Assembly: GCA_037720745.1 (NCBI GenBank)
Contig: JBBJNS010000002.1
Coordinates: forward strand, 1 to 53,104
Source of the DNA: Candidatus Limnocylindrales bacterium
GTDB taxonomy: Bacteria; Chloroflexota; Limnocylindria; Limnocylindrales; CSP1-4
DNA: 53,104 nucleotides
Direction: 5' to 3'
In this document: one piece after another, positions 1-8,311 of the stretch
How positions within the stretch are numbered: position 1 is the first letter of the stretch
Layout of the letters: every line of letters begins with the position of its first letter
Made by a program: the position numbers and the translations under genes
Notes under the pieces: model-generated
What the model saw: only the letters and a program-made list of their open reading frames with translations
What the model was told of the DNA's origin: nothing
Databases searched by the model: none

Positions 1-182
1 GGCATACGGACAACGCATGCTCGTCTCCCAGGAGTTGGAGACACTATGCACGGAGACAGGATCGGTACCGCCGGAGCGCCGGGTCGCCTTGACTTGGTCG
101 CAGGGAGTGACATAACTGATCTTATCGGTAGCTGATGCCGCGCGTCCTTCAGTCCTGCTCCCTGCGGGAAACAGCAAGAGGT

Positions 183-393
183 GCCCGCAGCGGCCTTTCG
201 AGCAATCTCCGAGCGACGCTCAGGACTGAGCCGCTCCGCCCGGAGCTTCCCGCCCTTGGCCCCGCCGAGCTTCCCGCGCTCGACCCGCTCCGGGTATTCT
301 CGGGAGCCGGCCCGGCTCCGCCTCGCCCAGTACCATGTCCGCGATCAGCTTGGCGCGCTGGTTGGGGTCGCGGGGCATCTTGCGCTTCTGCAT
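183..393 (-). pseudogene. Frameshifted small conserved-hypothetical gene. The N-terminal part reads MQKRKMPRDPNQRAKLIADMVLGEAEPG. The C-terminal part, in a shifted frame, reads ..ERVERGKLGGAKGGKLRAERLSPERRSEIARKAAAG.
   Basis: ATG at 393 overlaps the stop of the upstream 48-aa ORF (TGATG). The first frame has high GC3 up to about 310, then GC3 collapses (hand count about 17/29). The adjacent frame continues with high GC3 and protein-like sequence. The switch lies in the ccgggccgg run at 301-318. No in-frame stop occurs before the window edge, so the 3' end was set where GC3 decays. The motifs resemble small KDPNQ...GGKARAE.LSPE.R.EIA.KAA proteins that I recall only from memory. Confidence 0.35.
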
Positions 394-539
394 CAGGCCG
401 ACTCGATCTGAGCCCGCAGGCCGTCGAGCTGCCTCCGATCCCTCGCGGGTCGGCGGTCGGTTCCGTTCCCGGCGCGCTTCTCCGCGTCGCACAGGCCGCA
501 GCCCTTGTGCCGCTGGCCCTTGTGGGATTTCTCCTTCAT
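393..539 (-). CDS. Small 48-aa hypothetical protein with a CxxC motif (MKEKSHKGQRHKGCGLCDAEKRAGNGTDRRPARDRRQLDGLRAQIESA). It is below the ORF-track length cutoff.
   Basis: ATG at 539, TGA at 395-393. Hand-counted GC3 is 43/48, typical of real genes here. The stop overlaps the next ATG (TGATG), suggesting translational coupling. No family recognised. Confidence 0.45.
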   Translation of the reverse strand: MKEKSHKGQRHKGCGLCDAEKRAGNGTDRRPARDRRQLDGLRAQIESA

Positions 540-669
540 GCGACCAGTGTCGGCCCTTACCTAAGCATCGTCAACGGGTGCCGCCTCCAGACTGAGACAC
601 TACCCGTGTGCCGACTAGTGAGGCGTCGTCCGCCGCCTGGTGCGACGGCGTCGACGCATCTGCTCCCCG

Positions 670-1506
670 CTACTTGACGATGAAGCCTTCAGCGATCTGG
701 TCGAACGTGGGCTGTACCTGATCGAAGTTCTCGGTATCCGCGGAGAACGTCACGACATAGGCATGCGTCTCGGACACGGTGTAGAACTGGTACGTGACGT
801 TCTGGAATGAGCCCCGTTCCTGCGTGTACGTCACGGCCGTGGCCTCGCTCTCCCCGAGTTGCGCTGGTCGTTGCTCGACGGTCCCCACGAGCCCCTCTTG
901 CGCCTCCACGGCCCCCATGTTCACGGCCACGAAGTCTTCGAGGGTCAACGATTGCCCGCCCAGATCCTGCGCGATGACGTTCATGTTGGCGATGAAGTTC
1001 TGCGTACGGTTCGCCTCGTTGAGGTCGAGCGCGATGAATGAGATCGTGCCACCGTCCAAGACCGACGCCAGGCTGGCGAGGGACGAGAGCGCCTGCGCAT
1101 CCTCTTCATACTCCGCTTGGAGCTCTGTCAGTCGCTCCGAGTATCCGACTTCGCTGGATACGCCCTCCCATCCTTCGGGAAGGACGACGGTGAACGTTTC
1201 CTGGTCGTACGTCGTGCCATCCGCTGGGGCGCCGGTGCTGCCGTCGGTAGGCTCTGCGGTGGGGGGATCACTGGCACCGACGGTGGAGGTCGGCTCGGGA
1301 GCCGTAGAGGCCGTGGGAGTGGGCGGTTCCGCCGTCGGGCTGGGCGGCGCGGTCGTGGCACCCGCGGTGGCCGAGGCGGTGGCTGCGGCTGTAGCCGAGG
1401 GGCTGGCGGCCAGCGAGGCTGGCCCTTGGGTCGTCACAGCACTCTCGCTCGTGCATGCGCCTGCAAACACCATAGAGGCCAAGAGGACCAGAGTTCGTCG
1501 ATCCAT
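670..1506 (-). CDS. Secreted lipoprotein, function unknown. It has an Ala/Thr/Pro-rich linker followed by a roughly 180-aa globular domain.
   Basis: N-terminus MDRRTLVLLASMVFAGAC has a signal peptide plus lipobox (FAGAC). A long low-complexity A/T/P/S tract follows, then an ordinary-composition domain (..FTVVLPEGWEG..YVVTFSAD..). Confidence 0.75.
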   Translation of the reverse strand: MDRRTLVLLASMVFAGACTSESAVTTQGPASLAASPSATAAATASATAGATTAPPSPTAEPPTPTASTAPEPTSTVGASDPPTAEPTDGSTGAPADGTTYDQETFTVVLPEGWEGVSSEVGYSERLTELQAEYEEDAQALSSLASLASVLDGGTISFIALDLNEANRTQNFIANMNVIAQDLGGQSLTLEDFVAVNMGAVEAQEGLVGTVEQRPAQLGESEATAVTYTQERGSFQNVTYQFYTVSETHAYVVTFSADTENFDQVQPTFDQIAEGFIVK

Positions 1507-1596
1507 CCGTATGTGTTCTCCTCGGGAGGCGTCCGGGACGAGATCGTCTGTCCCACCTTACGTCACGGAGGGAGTATCGCGGAGAGGAAGATCAAC

Positions 1597-2385
1597 GTGA
1601 CTGACGACCCCAAACGCATCGTCCAACGTGGCTACGACACCATCGCCGAGCGATACCTGGCCTGGAGCGGAGACCGCCCCTCCCCCACTCGCCAGCGCTC
1701 CCTGGACCTGGTGCTCGCGGAACTCCCGCCCGCGGCGGAGATACTGGAACTGGGCTGTGGCGCGGGCGTGCCCATGACGGCCGCCCTGGCTGAGCACCAC
1801 CGCGTTCATGGTGTCGACATCTCCGCGCGCCAGATCGCCCTCGCCATCCGAAACGTCCCCGCCGCGACCTTCCAACAGGCTGACATGGCAGCCATCGACT
1901 TTCCAGAGGGGTCATTCGACGCCGTGGTCGCCTTTTACGCCCTCACACACCTCCCGCGCGAGGAGCAGGGCCCGCTTCTCAAGCGCATCGCCCGCTGGCT
2001 GCGACCTCGTGGCCTGTTCTTCGCCACGATGGGCGTGCGCGCCGACGCTGGGACCGTCGAGAGCGACTGGCTGGGCGCGCCCATGTACTTCAGCCACCAC
2101 GACGCCGCTACCAATCGCCGCCTGGTGGAGAAGGCCGGTCTTACGGTGACGCGGGCGGATATCGAATCTGAAGACGAGGATGGCGAGCTTGTCGAGTTCC
2201 TATGGTTGATGGCCAGGAAGCCCGCGCTGGAGGGCGTCCTGCCGAATCGAGTCGGCCACGCGGACCTCGGCGCAAGCGGGCCGACCCGCTCGGCCGCTAT
2301 CCTGCCCTCTGCCCACCTTCCGCAGCCGCAGGCCCCATGGAACTCCTCGCCGACCCGCAGATCTGGATCGCGCTCTTCACGCTGA
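1597..2385 (+). CDS. Class I SAM-dependent methyltransferase
   Basis: Motif I is ILELGCGAGVP, with downstream FDAVVAFYALTHL and LRPRGLFF. Start moved to GTG 1597, which is preceded by ggagaggaag. The upstream 160 codons of the ORF-track call are antisense to the lipoprotein gene. The last roughly 50 codons (after ..FLWLMARKP) look like read-through into the TerC upstream region. Confidence 0.8.
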   Translation: MTDDPKRIVQRGYDTIAERYLAWSGDRPSPTRQRSLDLVLAELPPAAEILELGCGAGVPMTAALAEHHRVHGVDISARQIALAIRNVPAATFQQADMAAIDFPEGSFDAVVAFYALTHLPREEQGPLLKRIARWLRPRGLFFATMGVRADAGTVESDWLGAPMYFSHHDAATNRRLVEKAGLTVTRADIESEDEDGELVEFLWLMARKPALEGVLPNRVGHADLGASGPTRSAAILPSAHLPQPQAPWNSSPTRRSGSRSSR

Positions 2386-3137
2386 CCGCGCTGGAGATCG
2401 TGCTGGGCATCGACAATATCGTCTTCATCTCCATCCTTGCCTCCAAACTGCCCGCGGAACAGCAGGACCGCGCCAGGCTTGTCGGACTGGGCCTGGCGAT
2501 GTTCATGCGCATCGCCCTTCTGTTCTCGATCTCGTTCATCATCGGGCTGACGCAGCCGCTCTTCGCGGTCGTGGGCATCGAGTTCTCGGGGCGCGACCTG
2601 ATCCTGATCGCCGGCGGCCTCTTTCTCCTGGGCAAGGCGACTTACGAGATCCACGAGCGGCTGGAAGGCGAGCAACACCACTCGTCCGCGGGTCGAAAGA
2701 CGGCCACCTTCGCGAGCGTCATCGTCCAGATCGTCCTGCTGGACGCGGTCTTCTCCATCGATTCGGTCATCACGGCCGTGGGCATGGCCGACGAGCTCAT
2801 CGTGATGATCGCTGCGGTGGTCATCGCGGTGGGCGTGATGATGGTCTCGGCCAAACCCATCAGCCAGTTCGTGGACCGTCATCCGACGGTCAAGATGCTG
2901 GCCCTCAGCTTTCTGCTGCTGATCGGCACGTCGCTCATCGCCGAAGGCTTCGACGTTCACGTCCCGAAGGGCTACATCTACTTCGCGATGGCCTTCTCGG
3001 TCCTGGTCGAGCTGCTCAACCTGAAGGTGCGCGGCCGGAAGGAACCGCCGGTCCACCTGCGTCCACTGGTCAAGAGCGAGTCACCCGCCGCGGACGAGCC
3101 GCCGACCGTGGAGAAGACGCCCGCCCCGACCGCCTAG
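2337..3137 (+). CDS. TerC family integral membrane protein
   Basis: MELLADPQIWIALFTLTALEIVLGIDNIVFISILASKLP.. and a second ..FSIDSVITAVGM.. repeat are typical of the TerC/YjbE-like family. Multiple hydrophobic helices. ATG at 2337. Confidence 0.85.
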   Translation: MELLADPQIWIALFTLTALEIVLGIDNIVFISILASKLPAEQQDRARLVGLGLAMFMRIALLFSISFIIGLTQPLFAVVGIEFSGRDLILIAGGLFLLGKATYEIHERLEGEQHHSSAGRKTATFASVIVQIVLLDAVFSIDSVITAVGMADELIVMIAAVVIAVGVMMVSAKPISQFVDRHPTVKMLALSFLLLIGTSLIAEGFDVHVPKGYIYFAMAFSVLVELLNLKVRGRKEPPVHLRPLVKSESPAADEPPTVEKTPAPTA

Positions 3138-3172
3138 CCCGGCTGTCCCGTAGCTCGACTCCCCACCGCGCC

Positions 3173-4393
3173 TCAGACGACCTTGTCGTCGGGTAGCGCC
3201 TCAGCGAAGGCAGATCCCAGGCGCGCACCGTCGTAAGCCTGACCGACCAGGTGGTGGTATGGCACGCCAGAGAAGCGGTGGTGGCTCTTGGTCGGGAAGT
3301 CAGAGCCGTCGGCCCACTCCTTGCGCTGGAGCTCGATGTAGCCCTGCTCCTGCTTCTCGGACATGGCTTGCAGCAGCACTGACAGCCCATGGCCCATGGC
3401 GTGCTGGCCCCCCAGCGTGATGAAGATGAAGCCGACGCCCATCTCGCCCAACTGCTTGAAGGTGATGGGGTCCGGGTCGTTGAACCACTTGAACGACGAC
3501 GACCAATTGAACGCGAAGCGGGCGTCGGGGAAGCGCTTGTGGATCTCGCTCGTGAAGCGCTCGACCGGTTCGCGGTCCGAGGTCGGGAACTCGCACCAGA
3601 GCAGGTCCGGGATGCCCGAGTCGAGGTAGCGCAGTCCCCGTTCGATGGCCAGCTCCATGCCGCGCGCCGGTTCGGGGGCGTCAACGGCTGACAGCCCGTC
3701 GGTGCGCGCGATGATCAGGAAGTCGGGGTTGCCCAGGTCATCCGCCACGGCGCGCGCCATGCGCAGCTTGCCCACCATCTCTGACGCCGCGACCAGCGCC
3801 TTGCCGCCGATATGACCGCACCGCTTGGGTAGCACCTGGTCTTCGATGTGCGCCGCCGCCACGCCGGCATTGACGTACAGCTCCGTGGTCCGCTGCACGT
3901 TGAAGATGTTGCCGTAGCCGCCGTCCATGTCGACGATGACCGGCGGGATCTCCAGGTGCCGCGGCGCGACGCCCTTCTCAGGGTCGCCCACGGCCATCGT
4001 CAGCTGATACTTGCGCAGCGCACTGACCGTGCGACGCGCGCCATCGGCGATCTCGCCGCTGTCGTAAAGGTCCATATCCGTGGTGCCCACATGCCCGATG
4101 GCGAAGGAGTAGCCGCTGAAGTAGACGGCCTTGAAGCCGTGATACATGACCAGCTGCGCACCCATGGGGTCGTACACGCCCGGCCCGAAGAGGTACGGTT
4201 CCGTTCGCAGCAACTCGCGCATGCGGGTGCTGGGGTGGGTGGAGCGCGAGGCCGGCACCCGGTAGCCGTCCGGCAGGAGCGGTGAGGTGACGAGCGAGGC
4301 GTCGCCGTTCGGTCTCTCGTCCCCGCCGGGCCGGTCCTCCCCTCCCCCTGCGGGCAGCTCGATGGGCACCTCAGGCTGGGCTGTGACGGACAT
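3173..4393 (-). CDS. Isocitrate lyase family enzyme (ICL/PEP-mutase superfamily), probable isocitrate lyase
   Basis: ICL signature KRCGHIGGK. C-terminal FNWSSSFKW..FIFITLGGQH resembles the ICL motif NxSPSFNW..FITLAG. Start set to ATG 4393 (MSVTAQ..), 7 nt downstream of AGGAGGA. Confidence 0.85.
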   Translation of the reverse strand: MSVTAQPEVPIELPAGGGEDRPGGDERPNGDASLVTSPLLPDGYRVPASRSTHPSTRMRELLRTEPYLFGPGVYDPMGAQLVMYHGFKAVYFSGYSFAIGHVGTTDMDLYDSGEIADGARRTVSALRKYQLTMAVGDPEKGVAPRHLEIPPVIVDMDGGYGNIFNVQRTTELYVNAGVAAAHIEDQVLPKRCGHIGGKALVAASEMVGKLRMARAVADDLGNPDFLIIARTDGLSAVDAPEPARGMELAIERGLRYLDSGIPDLLWCEFPTSDREPVERFTSEIHKRFPDARFAFNWSSSFKWFNDPDPITFKQLGEMGVGFIFITLGGQHAMGHGLSVLLQAMSEKQEQGYIELQRKEWADGSDFPTKSHHRFSGVPYHHLVGQAYDGARLGSAFAEALPDDKVV

Positions 4394-4442
4394 GCTGGCT
4401 TCCTCCTGATCGGGCGTCACGCGGAGTCTTCTGCTTTGTCCG

Positions 4443-4682
4443 TCACTCGTTGGCGTGGTCGCGCTCGCAGAAGTCCGGGCAGCGGCACTCGCTTTGATCG
4501 GCTGCCGCGTCGCTGACGCCATGGATCCGGCCGCTCTCGGGCGTCGCCTGGAGCGCCGCCGCAGCCGGGCGCTTCAGCTTGACGGTGGCCAGCCGGAGCA
4601 CGGTGCCCCGTGCGCCGCGCATCCGTCCCAGGAGGCCGGTCGGCGCGCTCTGGCTGGAGGTTCGTTCATCGATCATGGTCAT
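4443..4682 (-). CDS. Small hypothetical protein (about 78 aa) with C-terminal ECRCPDFCERDH motif, immediately upstream of the ICL gene
   Basis: Hand-counted GC3 is 71/83 over the ORF, coding-like. Codon usage is typical (aag, gag, gac, ctg). The stop lies 49 nt before the ICL ATG. Candidate starts are ATG 4697, 4682 and 4676, and the last has the best GGGGAG spacing. A TAATAT -10-like hexamer sits at 4731-4726. Confidence 0.45.
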   Translation of the reverse strand: MTMIDERTSSQSAPTGLLGRMRGARGTVLRLATVKLKRPAAAALQATPESGRIHGVSDAAADQSECRCPDFCERDHANE

Positions 4683-4742
4683 GGCTCCCCGTTGCATCGA
4701 TCGGCCCGAGTGGGGCCGTGAGTTGATATTACACGTGACGCA

Positions 4743-4795
4743 CCATAGACCGTGCTATGGCCTGCGCCATTCAGCATAACGTGCGTCTATCATAG
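4743..4795. promoter_or_regulatory. Candidate LysR-type operator sites in the ICL/lysR divergent region
   Basis: Inverted repeat CCATAG-N6-CTATGG at 4743-4760 and palindrome CTATCATAG at 4787-4795. Both share ATAG/CTAT half-sites and lie in a locally AT-rich stretch just upstream of the LysR ATG. Confidence 0.3.
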
Positions 4796-4802
4796 GCGCA
4801 CG

Positions 4803-5720
4803 ATGCAACTGTCCCAGATCGAAGGCTTCCTGGAGGTCGCTCGCCTCGGTAACGTGAGTCGGGCGGCAGCTCAGCTCTCCATCACGCAGCCAGCACTATC
4901 CGCCCGACTCCTGGCCCTGGAAGAGGAGCTGGGACAGCCTCTCTTCGTGCGGGGACGCCGAGGAGTGCGTTTGACGGATGTCGGTCGTGCCTTCCTGCCC
5001 TATGCCGAACAGGCCGTGGCTGCCCTAGCGAGCGGCCTGGCGCTGGTCGGTGACCTCGGTTCCGGAGGAGCCGGGGAACTCGTCATAGGCGCCGCTCCAG
5101 CCGTGGGCACCTATGTCCTGCCCCAGGTCCTGGTGCGCTTCGCGCGGCTGTATCCCAACGTTCGGCTCGTGGTGCGCACCGGACACTCCGAGGAGATCAC
5201 GGAACTCGTGGTGCGCAACCAGGTCCACGTGGGGCTGGTTCGACGGATCTCCCACCCCATGATCTCTGCCCGGGACCTCTACGACGACGAGCTGGTCCTG
5301 GTGAGCGGGCCGCAGCACCCCTTCGCGGCGCAGGGTTCGGTCCGGCGGGAGCGACTTGGCGAGGCGCCGCTCATCCTCTTCGACCCCGCGTCCAGCTACC
5401 ACGAGCTGACTACGGCCCTCATCCGCGAAGCCGGCGTGCGACCACGCGGCGTGATGGAGTTGGACAACATCGATGCGGCCAAAAAGATGGTCGCGGCCGG
5501 ACTCGGCGTGGCCCTGCTGCCGCGAACGGCCGTGGCCGAGGAGCTGGCCGCTGGCTCCTTGGCCATGAGTTCCATCGAGGGCGCCTCGCCAGGTCACAGG
5601 CGGATCGTGGTCATCCGTCGTTCCGACGCTGGAGAGCCCCGAGGTGCCCTGGCGGACTTCCTGGGGCTGCTCGAGCAGATTCCCCAGATCGTCCCGGGAG
5701 CGCTGTCCCCGGAGCGCTGA
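4803..5720 (+). CDS. LysR family transcriptional regulator
   Basis: N-terminal HTH MQLSQIEGFLEVARLGNVSRAAAQLSITQPALSARLLALEEELGQPLF. LTTR substrate-binding domain length. Divergent from the ICL gene. ATG at 4803. Confidence 0.9.
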   Translation: MQLSQIEGFLEVARLGNVSRAAAQLSITQPALSARLLALEEELGQPLFVRGRRGVRLTDVGRAFLPYAEQAVAALASGLALVGDLGSGGAGELVIGAAPAVGTYVLPQVLVRFARLYPNVRLVVRTGHSEEITELVVRNQVHVGLVRRISHPMISARDLYDDELVLVSGPQHPFAAQGSVRRERLGEAPLILFDPASSYHELTTALIREAGVRPRGVMELDNIDAAKKMVAAGLGVALLPRTAVAEELAAGSLAMSSIEGASPGHRRIVVIRRSDAGEPRGALADFLGLLEQIPQIVPGALSPER

Positions 5721-5731
5721 CGTGCCCAGGC

Positions 5732-6358
5732 TCAGCCTTGGGAGCCGTCCAGGTAGAGCGGCTCGTCCAGGGTGATGGTCGTCGCCTTGGAGAGTGCGAT
5801 CTCGATGCAGGCCACGTCGCCCAGGCCGGGCAGCGTGCCCTCCAGGACGGTGATGACGGGCATGCCGTCCGCGTCGCGCTCCACGCGCACCTCGTCGAGG
5901 CCGTAGCAGCTGTCCACGCCACCCCACCAGTAGACCGTCGCTGTCCGGCCGTCAGCGGCCACGCTGACGCGATCGATGGCATGGGGCAGGCTGTCGACGA
6001 CGCCCGGCACGGGCTCGACGTGCAGTGCCCCGTCGCCGGACGGGGGATCGGCAGGTGCCGGCGCACCGGTGGTCGGCTCGTCCGGCCCCGCGGCGCCGGG
6101 CTTGGTGTCGCCGGGCTTCGTGTCGCCGGGCTTCGTGTCGCCGGGATCGGTGTCACCGGGCTCGGTGTCCCCGGTACCTCCGCCACTGCCTGGGTCTCCG
6201 ACCGCTCCGCCGCCTGTGTCGGGCGCCGCCCCGGCGCCTCGCTGGTCGGCGCCGTCCTCGGTGGCCCTCGTGGTCACCGAGCATGCGGACAGGGAGATGA
6301 CAGCCAGCAGACCGAGGATGAGGGTGGGGCGCAGCGGGCGCGTGGGTGACATGGTCAT
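5732..6358 (-). CDS. Secreted lipoprotein with PGDT(K/E/D) pentapeptide repeats, function unknown
   Basis: MTMSPTRPLRPTLILGLLAVISLSAC (lipobox LSAC). Gly/Asp/Pro-rich tract including PGDTEPGDTDPGDTKPGDTKPGDTKPG, then a roughly 100-aa domain with two Cys. ATG 6358 lies 8 nt after GGAGGA. Confidence 0.7.
   Translation of the reverse strand: MTMSPTRPLRPTLILGLLAVISLSACSVTTRATEDGADQRGAGAAPDTGGGAVGDPGSGGGTGDTEPGDTDPGDTKPGDTKPGDTKPGAAGPDEPTTGAPAPADPPSGDGALHVEPVPGVVDSLPHAIDRVSVAADGRTATVYWWGGVDSCYGLDEVRVERDADGMPVITVLEGTLPGLGDVACIEIALSKATTITLDEPLYLDGSQG
6101..6175. repeat. 15-bp tandem repeat, about 5 copies, inside the lipoprotein gene
   Basis: cttggtgtcgccggg / cttcgtgtcgccggg / cttcgtgtcgccggg / atcggtgtcaccggg / ctcggtgtccccgg. 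It encodes the PGDTx repeats on the minus strand. Confidence 0.85.
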
Positions 6359-6619
6359 CAAGTCGGTCCTCCAAGATCCATCGGTTTCGGTGAGGCGAGA
6401 TGTCTCTCGCCTTGCGGCACCGGCCGGGTGTGGCGCCTAGACGGCGGGATGGGGTGCTACGGTTCCGCGTGAGCTGCAGAGCCGCTCCAGCGCGATCAGC
6501 CAGCCCGTTCGGCGGTACGGGCGCTGGCCCTCAGAGTGACGGCACTATCACGCGGATCGAGGCGAGTCGATCACCAGTGTCAAGCGGGGCCGAGCGGCCT
6601 TCACGGCCTCGACCGCAGC

Positions 6620-7930
6620 CTATGAAGCGCGGGCCGCGTTCCGCCACTGTTCCGCGGCGGCCCGGAGCTCCCCGGCCAGCGCCGGCGTGACCCGTCCCTT
6701 GATGCGCACGTCGCGTCCGCGGTAGCTGATGTCCACGGTCCCGCGCTCACGGACGCGCGAGAGGAGCTCGCCCTCGCTGTAGGGGATGGCCACGTCGACA
6801 TCCTCCCAGAGGTCGGCCAGGAGCGCGCTCAGGCCGGTACGCAGCTCATCCAGGCCGAAGCCGGTGGCCGCCGAGACCAGCACCGCCCCCTCCACGATAG
6901 GCGCCGGCGCCTCTCCGCCCGCGGCGGCTGGGTCGAGCAGGTCCGCCTTGTTGTAGACCACCAGCCGAGGCTTCCTGCCCGCCCCCAGGTCGTCCAGCAC
7001 CTGCTGTACCGTCTGGCGATGCTCCCGCGCATGCGCGTCCGAGACATCAACCACCTCCAGCAGCACGTCCGCGCGGTTGACCTCCTCGAGAGTGGCGCGG
7101 AAGGCGTCGACCAGTTGATGCGGCAGCTTGTGGATGAAACCCACCGTGTCCGTGACGATGGCGGATTGCCCCTCCCCCAGCTTGACGGCTCGACTGGTGG
7201 GGTCCAGCGTCGCGAAGAGGCGATCCTCCGCCCGCGCCGCGTCCATGCCGGCCAGCGCGTTGAGCATCGATGACTTGCCGGCATTGGTGTACCCCACGAT
7301 GGCCACGGTCGGGACCAATCGCCGATCCCGGGAACGCGAGGCCGTCTCGCGCTGACGTCGGATGGCCTCCACTCGCTCCTTGAGCTTGGCGATGCGCGTG
7401 CGGATGACGCGTCGGTCTGTCTCCAGCTGAGTCTCGCCGGGTCCGCGTGTGCCGATCCCGCCGCCGGTGCGCGAGAGGTGTGTCCAGAGCCGCGTGAGGC
7501 GTGGCAACTGGTACTGCATCTGCGCCAGCTCGACCTGCAGTCGTCCTTCATGCGTACGAGCGTGCTGCGCGAAGATGTCCAGGATCAGGCCGCTGCGGTC
7601 CAGGATCTTGACGCCCAGCACGCTTTCCAGCGCCTTCTGCTGGTTGGGGCTCAGCTCGTCGTCCGTGATGAGCATGGTGAAGCCGGTCTCGGCCTTGGCA
7701 TGTACGAGGTCCTCCGCCTTGCCCTTGCCGACGTACCAGTTGGGATCGGGATGACGTCGGTTCTGCCACTCGGCACCGACCACCTCCGCGCCTGCCGTGT
7801 CGGCAAGGCTGGCCAGCTCGGCCAAGGAATCCTCTGCGCTCCAGCCCTCGTCGCTGCCAGTGTCGACCGCCAGCAGGAAGGCTCTTTCGGTGGGCGGGAC
7901 CAGGTCGATGGTCGATCGTCGGGCGTTCAT
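6620..7930 (-). CDS. hflX: GTPase HflX
   Basis: HflX N-terminal domain (..ERAFLLAV..YVGKGKAEDL..). G1 motif GYTNAGKSSMLNAL, DTVGFI, NKAD. Confidence 0.95.
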   Translation of the reverse strand: MNARRSTIDLVPPTERAFLLAVDTGSDEGWSAEDSLAELASLADTAGAEVVGAEWQNRRHPDPNWYVGKGKAEDLVHAKAETGFTMLITDDELSPNQQKALESVLGVKILDRSGLILDIFAQHARTHEGRLQVELAQMQYQLPRLTRLWTHLSRTGGGIGTRGPGETQLETDRRVIRTRIAKLKERVEAIRRQRETASRSRDRRLVPTVAIVGYTNAGKSSMLNALAGMDAARAEDRLFATLDPTSRAVKLGEGQSAIVTDTVGFIHKLPHQLVDAFRATLEEVNRADVLLEVVDVSDAHAREHRQTVQQVLDDLGAGRKPRLVVYNKADLLDPAAAGGEAPAPIVEGAVLVSAATGFGLDELRTGLSALLADLWEDVDVAIPYSEGELLSRVRERGTVDISYRGRDVRIKGRVTPALAGELRAAAEQWRNAARAS

Positions 7931-8311
7931 GACCGCCTAAGGATACGAGAGGCGACCCGATGGCTCGCAACGCTGCAACGCGTCTGAGCCCCTCGCTACG
8001 CGCGTGCAACCTCTGCTGGTCCACGCTCCGCACATGACCGACCGACGCCCTTTCAGCCGCTCCAACGGGGACCTCGAGACCGGCCTCGATCAGGGTGGTG
8101 AACGTGGCGACCTTCCCCTGCCCGAAGACGGACTGCGGCAGGCCGCCACGGATCCGCCCGCCGTGGTGCCCACGATGAGTTCCGAGCAGCCGGTCGTGGC
8201 CGCCGGGATGGGACTCTCATCCTTCGCCCAGGCGGACCCGGAGTGGGGTCTCACCGGCGGTGACGATGGACCGACGAAAGCGGCCGATGAGCCGGCAGGA
8301 GAGGGTGAACC

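Noticed and set aside
135-677. 180-aa plus-strand ORF at the window start
   Set aside because: It is Arg/Pro/Ala/Leu-rich with no motifs. The minus strand in the same interval shows two ORFs with much better GC3 and start/stop coupling.
1117-1596. Upstream 160 codons of the methyltransferase ORF
   Set aside because: They overlap the lipoprotein gene on the opposite strand and are Gly/Arg-rich. A GTG with a good SD at 1597 precedes the first conserved methyltransferase residues.
2202-2336. Mn-sensing yybP-ykoY riboswitch upstream of the TerC-family gene
   Set aside because: I looked for the conserved GGGGAGUAG / GAGACAU-type elements in 2200-2336 and found none. The interval is also covered by the methyltransferase reading frame.
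6362-6619. Riboswitch or sRNA in the 258-bp hflX-lipoprotein spacer
   Set aside because: I found a TTGACA hexamer, a short hairpin (GCGAGA-GACA-TCTCGC) and a bulged GC stem after hflX. There is no recognisable conserved RNA motif or T-tract, so the evidence is insufficient to call anything.
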